This document shows, piece by piece, positions 57,861 through 64,000 of a stretch of 64,000 nucleotides of DNA. A model generated the notes under the pieces. It worked only from the letters and a program-made list of their open reading frames with translations, made no database searches and was not told the origin of the DNA. The translations under genes were made by a program, and so were the position numbers. The stretch's first letter is position 1. Each line of letters opens with the position of its first letter. Source of the stretch: Candidatus Obscuribacteraceae bacterium (GTDB lineage Bacteria; Cyanobacteriota; Vampirovibrionia; Obscuribacterales; Obscuribacteraceae); assembly GCA_044229845.1 (NCBI GenBank), contig JBGASG010000001.1:992001-1056000 (forward strand), read 5' to 3'.

Positions 57861-58856
57861 ATGGGTTTCGCTGGTCTCCCGGTTGCATTCGGTGTGCCGC
57901 GCCGTTCGCGGATATCGCGAGCCTTTGCCGAAGCGGTAAGCCGTCTGGAACTGAACCCTGACAGAGTTGCCGAGGCATCTCAACATTATGGCGGTATCAA
58001 GGAGTTTATCGAAAGTGCTCTTCCTGGCGTTCGAGTGACGCAAGTCGGCTCATTCCAGCGACAAACTAAAATTCGTCCCGTCAGTTCTCATCGGCTGCGC
58101 AACTTGCTTATAGATGCAGAGATCACGCCGATAGACTTGGACATTCTTGTTTCCTTTGGTCCGGTTACGCGTTGGGTAAATGACGGCAGTGCCAGTGGTC
58201 CCGAGGACCTGCTTCGAGTGCTCTACGCCGCAGTGCGGTCAAGCAAGCGTTATCAGGTGCTGGAGCCAACGATTGATTCGCCGGTCATCACCATGTCGTA
58301 TTCGAACGAGTTCAGCATGGAACTGATTCCATGCACGGTAGATCAAGTCTCATCATTGCCTCCGAGAATTTGTAGACCATATCTGGTGCCGTACAGCGGT
58401 GGATGGAAATGGGCTGACTACGATTACGACGCTGAACTGATAACGCGTTGCAACAAGCAAAGCGGTGGAAAACTGATCCCATCGATTAAGTTGTGCAAAG
58501 GCTTCGTGCGCAACCATGGATTGCCCTTCAAGTCGTTCCACGTTGAGATTTTGTGCGTCGCAGTTTTTGACCGGCTGATGCAAGCGTACAGGTATCATTG
58601 GTCTTACGAAGAATTTTTTGTGGAGTTCCTGAAGTTACTGCCAGTGGCACTCTTCGAACCGGCTAAATTAGCTGGGAGCTATTCCGACGAGCAAATGGTC
58701 GCCGGTCAAGATGCCTCTCAAAGCTTCCTCCTAGTCATGAAAATCGCAGAAGCTGCTGGAAGTTTGCTAGTACTGCCTGACACGGAAAACACAGTGTCTC
58801 TCTGGTCGCAGTTCTACGGGTATCCCTTTCCTTCGAGCACGCTGTGGCTGAGCTAA
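57861..58856 (+). CDS. cGAS/DncV-like (SMODS) nucleotidyltransferase
   Basis: GSFQRQTKIRP, DLDILV, MELIP, YLVP, IKLCKG, FKSFHVEIL; AAAGGA RBS. Confidence 0.85.
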   Translation: MGFAGLPVAFGVPRRSRISRAFAEAVSRLELNPDRVAEASQHYGGIKEFIESALPGVRVTQVGSFQRQTKIRPVSSHRLRNLLIDAEITPIDLDILVSFGPVTRWVNDGSASGPEDLLRVLYAAVRSSKRYQVLEPTIDSPVITMSYSNEFSMELIPCTVDQVSSLPPRICRPYLVPYSGGWKWADYDYDAELITRCNKQSGGKLIPSIKLCKGFVRNHGLPFKSFHVEILCVAVFDRLMQAYRYHWSYEEFFVEFLKLLPVALFEPAKLAGSYSDEQMVAGQDASQSFLLVMKIAEAAGSLLVLPDTENTVSLWSQFYGYPFPSSTLWLS

Positions 58857-59383
58857 GGTTAGATGATTTGCTTTACCAGTGTCGCTCTCTGGAAGAGCAG
58901 TGTCTTTTCGCTGCGCAAGGTCATTACGAAACGGCAAAGACGAAAAAGAAGTTGCGGCTGATCTGTGTCGTGATACCGGCACTCATTGCAGCAGCCGGGT
59001 CCGGGGCAGCCTTGATGGGAGGAATTATCCCGTCAAATTTGCAGTCAACAGTGAGCGTTATTACCGCCCTTGCTGCGATAGTTGCGGCACTTTCCGCCTT
59101 GTTTGAAGTCGATGGACAATCTTCCAAGCATCTCTACATTGGACACCAGTTCAATGCCCTGAGGTTGGAAGTAAATCACCTCCATAAGATAGAAGCTTTG
59201 GCAATGCCACTGACTGAAACGAGTGCACGGTTAGAGCGATACCTAGTCGAATACAGGACGTTGGTTAGAACGAGCGATCTGACCGACCAAAAGGCTTTCG
59301 AACGAGCAAGAAAGGCCATCGAGGAGGGCATCCACGAGCCTTCTGAAATCGCTCCTTTGAAGCTGCCGCCCCCATCGAACTAA
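58844..59383 (+). CDS. SLATT domain 2-TM effector
   Basis: EQCLFAAQGHY..A, two TM helices, H...G..F..LR; overlaps the NTase stop. Confidence 0.8.
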   Translation: MAELRLDDLLYQCRSLEEQCLFAAQGHYETAKTKKKLRLICVVIPALIAAAGSGAALMGGIIPSNLQSTVSVITALAAIVAALSALFEVDGQSSKHLYIGHQFNALRLEVNHLHKIEALAMPLTETSARLERYLVEYRTLVRTSDLTDQKAFERARKAIEEGIHEPSEIAPLKLPPPSN

Positions 59384-59391
59384 CTGGCGAT

Positions 59392-59622
59392 TCACTTCAC
59401 CAGGCTGACGCCAGCGAAAGTGACATCGACGTCAAATATCTGCGCAATGCGTACGAGAGTCCGCAAGCTCGGATTCTGCACGCCGCGTTCCAACTGCGAG
59501 ACGTAAGCCCGGTCACACTCTAGTTCGCCGGCCAGGTCATCCTGTGTCCAGCTGTTCGCCTTCCTGAGTTCTCTCAGGCGGGCGGCGAATCGTTCGACTG
59601 GGTCTGCTTGCTTCACAAGCAC
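59392..59622 (-). CDS. XRE family transcriptional regulator
   Basis: RLRELRK...WTQDDLA.....RAYVSQLERG..NPSL.TL..IA. Confidence 0.9.
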   Translation of the reverse strand: MLVKQADPVERFAARLRELRKANSWTQDDLAGELECDRAYVSQLERGVQNPSLRTLVRIAQIFDVDVTFAGVSLVK

Positions 59623-59717
59623 ATTTAATCTTCGGAAGCCATAGCTTTCCAGAAGTAATAACTTCCGCTCGCGGTATATTTTGAAAACCGCTACGCTGCG
59701 AACAGCGGGAGGATGCC

Positions 59718-60809
59718 ATGAGCGAAAGCCCCAAGTCTGAGGAAAAGCCGCAAACTGGAAAACCAGCAAAGAAATCGAGGGCCGCGCTGATTGTCATCGC
59801 GTGCATACTTGTGCTGGGTTTGGCTGGCGCTGCAGCCATGGTTTTCATTGGCGGAGGGATTTGGTTGGTTAGCCAGCAATCCACTGTACGGAGATCGTTG
59901 GACCCGCTAGTGGGTTTTGGCCCGTATTTCATCGGAATGACCTTTGAGGAGTTCGAGAAAATACCAGCGCCCGAATCAGCTGGGGGTGTAAACGGGCTGC
60001 GTCCCATGCTGGAGAGATCAAACAATCCTGGTGGCATGCGATGCTACTTCGCACGAGGTGATGTTCCGCCGTTTATTGTGATGTCGCCACCGGATTTCAT
60101 TTTCGTCAAGCCGAGCGGTTCGGATCAGGCGAGCCTGGTGGGCATAAGAGGCTTTATTGACTGGAGCGATGTCGATGAACTAGTCGTCGCATTGCGCAAG
60201 AGATACGGCACACCGACCGTTGACCATCCGAGAGACGCTTACAACAAGTTTCACCTGGAGTGGGAATCGGGTAGCAAGAGAGTTTTGTTCAAGAGCCAGG
60301 ATTCGGGCTATTTGCCGCTGCTCAGATTTGAAGACCAAGAAATGTATGCCGTCTATGCGAAGGAAGAGACTGCTTGGGAAGAGCGGGTTCAGAAAGAGAA
60401 AGATGAACGCGAACAGCTCGCACGCCAGGCAGCTGAAGAAGCGGAAGCCACCAAGCAGAAGCAGAAACTCGAAGAGGAAACTGCGGACACGATCAGACGA
60501 CTGAAATCTCGCTTGATTGAAGTGCGTCAATGGATCACCGCGCATGACAAAATGGTCGCTGATGGCAAGGTTCAAAGACGCAAATTGCAGGCGTTTCGGT
60601 GGAAGCAGCAGCATCCTGACAGCGAGTACACCGATGAACAATTTGAACGCGACGAAGCTGACGATGTTGAGCAGCGAAAGTTAACGCAAAGCGAGACAGA
60701 TCGGCTGAGTCAAAAAGAACAGGAAGTATTGTCACGACTGCGCGAACTTGGGGTATCTGAAACAGAGCTTTCAGCGGTGTCAGACGACAATGCCGCTACA
60801 AATCCGTAG
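59718..60809 (+). CDS. Hypothetical membrane-anchored protein with C-terminal coiled coil
   Basis: N-terminal TM; E/K/Q-rich C-terminal half; GGAGG RBS. Confidence 0.75.
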   Translation: MSESPKSEEKPQTGKPAKKSRAALIVIACILVLGLAGAAAMVFIGGGIWLVSQQSTVRRSLDPLVGFGPYFIGMTFEEFEKIPAPESAGGVNGLRPMLERSNNPGGMRCYFARGDVPPFIVMSPPDFIFVKPSGSDQASLVGIRGFIDWSDVDELVVALRKRYGTPTVDHPRDAYNKFHLEWESGSKRVLFKSQDSGYLPLLRFEDQEMYAVYAKEETAWEERVQKEKDEREQLARQAAEEAEATKQKQKLEEETADTIRRLKSRLIEVRQWITAHDKMVADGKVQRRKLQAFRWKQQHPDSEYTDEQFERDEADDVEQRKLTQSETDRLSQKEQEVLSRLRELGVSETELSAVSDDNAATNP

Positions 60810-61362
60810 AGTCGCTTCTCTTTCGCTGAGCGATTTTCATTCTGACCAATTCCACGCAAAGGCGCTCCGCCTCTCTTTCTTCGGCAAAAGAGAATTGACT
60901 TGTGTCTTTTTCGGTTTCATCGCTGGCTTGAATTTGAGCGATTCGATCAAGCGTGTTAAAGCTCAACTCGGAAAGCTTGGTCAACCCAGTCACCAAACTC
61001 GATACCGCAATGCTGGCATTGTAGCTGGTGATTTTGTTCTTCCGGATTTCATCAGCCAGTTTCTCCATGATCATTTGCCCGATTCGATCAAGGCGTTCAA
61101 TCTTGGTCAGCGTCTTGCGGCATTCATCGACCAGAGAGAGCGCGGTCGCTGCTGACCGGGAAGAATCGCTTACCTCAAAGAGCTTGCGCCACTGGTAGAT
61201 CTGGTTTGTCGGGATGCCGTGTTTCTTCGAGACCGCATACACGGTGCTGCCAGGTTCTGCGCACTCTTGGACGATTGCCATCTTCTCATCATCAGTCCAG
61301 CGGCGACGACGAATCGGACCAGGTGAATTGATCTGTTCATTCTCATTGCCATTTTGTTCCAT
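60796..61362 (-). CDS. HTH_Tnp_1-like HTH protein with helical C-terminus
   Basis: RRRWTDDEKMAIV.E...PG.TV..V.KKHGI..NQIYQWRK. Confidence 0.75.
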   Translation of the reverse strand: MEQNGNENEQINSPGPIRRRRWTDDEKMAIVQECAEPGSTVYAVSKKHGIPTNQIYQWRKLFEVSDSSRSAATALSLVDECRKTLTKIERLDRIGQMIMEKLADEIRKNKITSYNASIAVSSLVTGLTKLSELSFNTLDRIAQIQASDETEKDTSQFSFAEEREAERLCVELVRMKIAQRKRSDSTDL

Positions 61363-61482
61363 CGAATTAGCTCCACTGCTTGTTACTAGTCGTCGCCGAT
61401 ATCTGTCTACCCTTGCCGCTTTCGCCGGTCGTCCCAGGTCAGCAAGGCGATGTGGGACACTTATCGATAACGAATGCCTCGC

Positions 61483-61668
61483 TCACTGTTGCGGGTATGC
61501 TGATATTCCGAGCGCCAAGGCAACGACCTCAGTGTCGGTCATCTCGCTCACGACAATTGCGTACCTGACAATGCCTTCGTATGGAAATTCAAGATCGGTG
61601 CGGAGGGCAAGTCCGATGGCGTCCGCAGAGAGATGTTTTTTGAATCCCTCAGGTCCGCTTTTGTACAT
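61483..61668 (-). CDS. Small hypothetical protein
   Basis: GAGGA RBS, ATG start, co-oriented with the element's genes. Confidence 0.45.
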   Translation of the reverse strand: MYKSGPEGFKKHLSADAIGLALRTDLEFPYEGIVRYAIVVSEMTDTEVVALALGISAYPQQ

Positions 61669-61773
61669 TCAAAAGTTCCTCATTGAGTTGGATGCAGGCT
61701 GTGTTAGCCAATGATTCGCGAAAGATAAACTGCCAGGCAAAGATAAATGAAGAGCAGATACGCGCTCTGAAAT

Positions 61774-62688
61774 TCATGAGGCATTGCGCCTGCTTGCCAG
61801 CAACAGCCGAATAATGTCGCGGTTTCGATGAACCTGACTAGGTCCGCCGAAGACGCAGCAGAACTTCGACCCGTCTGCCTTGATGCGCAAATTGTCTTGA
61901 TGCCGATCATGTCCCTCAAGAGCGCAGATTGGGCATTGAGCGACTAACTCGCCACCACGGGAAATGGCATCCATGTAGTTGAGAATTTGAAACTGGACGC
62001 GCGGAGCGAACTGATTTCTGGGTGTTCTGGACAGATGCGGTGCTGGTCGGTGGGCTTCGGCTTCCCTAATGGCATCAGCCGCTTTGTTCAGCGGTTGACG
62101 CGCAAGCCACTCAAGTTGAACAGCTACGTCCCGTTCAACGCCATCGAACCAGGATCGTGCGCCATTGGCGTCCGGTTTCAGGTTGAATCCCAAGGGACCG
62201 CGAACCTGACTCAACCCTGTGGCAGATTTTGGGAAGCGTTCGATCCCGGAGACATTCGCAAGCCGCATGAATGTGTCTGCGAGGATTATCAATTCTTCGG
62301 CTGAAACCGGTGCGTCAAACAGGACCCATAGATGTCCGTCCCGTCCGGTTCTTCTGCCTTCGCGAATAACATGCACGCCCCATGATCGAAGAGAAGAGTC
62401 AAGTCTGTCCATGGAACCGTCTTCAACGTCAGAGTCAAAGCAGATCCATTTTGATCTAGCGTCACCGTCAATGGCTGGCCACGCACAAGTCACCCGCCCC
62501 TCCAGGTGATCCCGCACGAGTTCCGATGAGACGGGGCGATAGGAGAATGCGTCTTCCCGAGTTTTCATTTCCGGCTTCTGGCAGGCATAACCACTGTTAC
62601 CGGATGCCTGGTTGACCCACTGCCTCCCCCAGATATCAACTCGGTTTACGAAGCGCTCCATGTAGATCGCGATCAGGTCGTTGTTCAT
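61774..62688 (-). CDS. Archaeo-eukaryotic primase domain protein (TOTE-primase-like) with C-terminal Zn finger
   Basis: F.NR.D.W..QW, HLEG, WICFDSD, GHLWVLF, ERFPK; CPIC...H.D...CC. Start taken at ATG 62688. Confidence 0.75.
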   Translation of the reverse strand: MNNDLIAIYMERFVNRVDIWGRQWVNQASGNSGYACQKPEMKTREDAFSYRPVSSELVRDHLEGRVTCAWPAIDGDARSKWICFDSDVEDGSMDRLDSSLRSWGVHVIREGRRTGRDGHLWVLFDAPVSAEELIILADTFMRLANVSGIERFPKSATGLSQVRGPLGFNLKPDANGARSWFDGVERDVAVQLEWLARQPLNKAADAIREAEAHRPAPHLSRTPRNQFAPRVQFQILNYMDAISRGGELVAQCPICALEGHDRHQDNLRIKADGSKFCCVFGGPSQVHRNRDIIRLLLASRRNAS

Positions 62689-62720
62689 CTTTATTGTCTT
62701 GTCTCCGTTATATTTGCAAA

Positions 62721-62853
62721 CACGCGTCCGACGCGTCCAGCCGCCCAAGACACATTTCATTTGGACGTGATGGGAAAGCAGCAGCGCCCTGACGCGTCCA
62801 TCCTGATGTGCCATTCCGCCACCATCTGGACGCCTTGGGCGCTTTGGGCGCGT
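62721..62853. repeat. GACGCGTCC-type 9-mer repeats, direct and inverted; candidate origin iterons
   Basis: Direct copies at 62721-62738 (x2) and 62791-62799; degenerate inverted trio at 62827-62853. Confidence 0.6.
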
Positions 62854-62854
62854 G

Positions 62855-64000
62855 CTAGCCGCCACCTTCACCATCCAATCTGGAAATGGAAATCTTCCGG
62901 CTACCACTTTTACTGAACTGGATTTCCAGTCCGTGACGTTGCCGCAGAAAAGGGGCCAATCGGCGCAACTTGCTGCTAAGCTGCTGTGCATTGGTTGGAA
63001 ACCATCGAGGAAGTTTGTCGCCTGGAGAGCCAGATTTTTCAATCAACAATTCCCGGAGGTCGGTGGCAGAATTTTGAATTGGTAGATCAAGGTCGAGTAT
63101 CAACTGCGTTAACTGGTCATCCAATGCCACCGCTGCCAGTGCCTGACGATTGCCATTGTATACATCGAGGAAACGGCCGCCGGGTAACCCGAGCGCTCTT
63201 TCAACCGCCACCCCATACTTCGCAAAATCAGCCATTCTTGGGCTGCGGTCAATTTTAACCCCTGGTAGCTCTCGAAGGGTTTTCGACAACACAAACAAGA
63301 TGGCTCCCAGAAATTTAGCTTCGTTGGCGTCGAAGTTTGTCCAGAATTCCGACTCCGGAAGACGATCCTTCTCATCAATTCTCGGACAATCGATCTGAAT
63401 CGCGCGATCAACCATGTCGTTTCTGAGGGACAGATCGTCAATGGTATTGAGAAGAACCAGGCGTTGAGCTTGAAAGATCGTCTCGCTTTCATCTTGGTAG
63501 AGCGTACGGTAACTGCTACCTCCCCCCGTGGTTAACCGACAAATGGCGTCACTTATTTCAACGGAGATTCTGGAGACGTTGTCGAATGCAACAATCCAGC
63601 CGTTGCTGGCTGCGATCCACAGATCCTGCTCACTCTTGGGAGCGGTTCGAAGTGGTGCCTTGGATGGATCTACCAGCTTGCGAAAGATCCGGCAAAGGGT
63701 GCTTTTTGCGCTGCCCTGCTCCCCGACGACCAGAACCACAACGTAAGGTCCAGCCGGACGGAATGCTGAAAGCAACGAGACTAGAAAAAGCAGCCACTCG
63801 CCATCATCCTTTATATTGCAGAAGTCTCGGAGCCGGTTCAGCGTCTCAAGGGCTTGTGCATCGTTTTCAGGTAGGATTGGGTTTGGCAGAACCCGCATAC
63901 CCGACTTGGTCAGGAAGCGCACAGACGCGTCCGATGCGTCCGACGCGTCCACCACCCCAAAACGATCAACCCTAAAGACTGTTCCTGCATCATCGGCGAG
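62855..64000 (-). CDS. Primase-associated P-loop NTPase/helicase-like protein, 5' truncated by the window end
   Basis: GEQGSAKST Walker A, VAFDNVS Walker B, DAICRLTTGGG...RTLY, DR; frame open to 64000. Confidence 0.85.
   Translation of the reverse strand, partial: LADDAGTVFRVDRFGVVDASDASDASVRFLTKSGMRVLPNPILPENDAQALETLNRLRDFCNIKDDGEWLLFLVSLLSAFRPAGPYVVVLVVGEQGSAKSTLCRIFRKLVDPSKAPLRTAPKSEQDLWIAASNGWIVAFDNVSRISVEISDAICRLTTGGGSSYRTLYQDESETIFQAQRLVLLNTIDDLSLRNDMVDRAIQIDCPRIDEKDRLPESEFWTNFDANEAKFLGAILFVLSKTLRELPGVKIDRSPRMADFAKYGVAVERALGLPGGRFLDVYNGNRQALAAVALDDQLTQLILDLDLPIQNSATDLRELLIEKSGSPGDKLPRWFPTNAQQLSSKLRRLAPFLRQRHGLEIQFSKSGSRKISISRLDGEGGG

Larger units (their letters stand above)
56280..64000. 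mobile_element. Integrated element (phage-satellite or genomic-island-like); left boundary approximate, continues beyond the window
   Basis: Integrase with upstream repeats, defence cargo, XRE regulator, primase and P-loop NTPase. Confidence 0.75.

Noticed and set aside
60796..61362. IS3/IS66 insertion sequence
   Set aside because: No catalytic transposase ORF or terminal inverted repeats seen.
62689..63042. N-terminal extension of the primase ORF to 63042
   Set aside because: It overlaps the NTPase gene and the repeat region; the primase-like sequence starts near ATG 62688.

Overview
Bacterial chromosomal window. The gene content (IctB family, DUF4330, long-form HflX, stand-alone NurA, MqnE, no photosynthesis genes) suggests a non-photosynthetic cyanobacterial relative (Melainabacteria/Vampirovibrionia); this is an inference, not a database result. 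1-46.5 kb is mostly housekeeping and lineage-specific genes: TauE, HldA-like kinase, IctB, cyclase, hflX, GlcD-like oxidase, tatD, TetR-EmrAB, short-form aspS, dprA, serpin and mqnE. It also holds an HTH/vWA/tubulin-like/macrodomain/TPR cluster. 46.9-55.4 kb is an RHS locus with a long structured leader. From about 56.3 kb to the window end is an integrated element with a tyrosine integrase, a CD-NTase+SLATT (CBASS-type) pair, an AEP primase and a P-loop NTPase. Highlights: (1) a 43-codon Asn/Asp-rich leader peptide with mutually exclusive terminator/antiterminator hairpins upstream of aspS, i.e. a candidate ribosome-mediated attenuator sensing two amino acids; (2) the tubulin-like/vWA/macrodomain cluster; (3) a 2507-aa RHS protein with a C39-like peptidase, seven inserted repeat domains and an HExxH tip; (4) two candidate structured RNAs; (5) iteron-like and arm-site-like repeats in the integrated element. 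All family calls come from motif recognition by eye.
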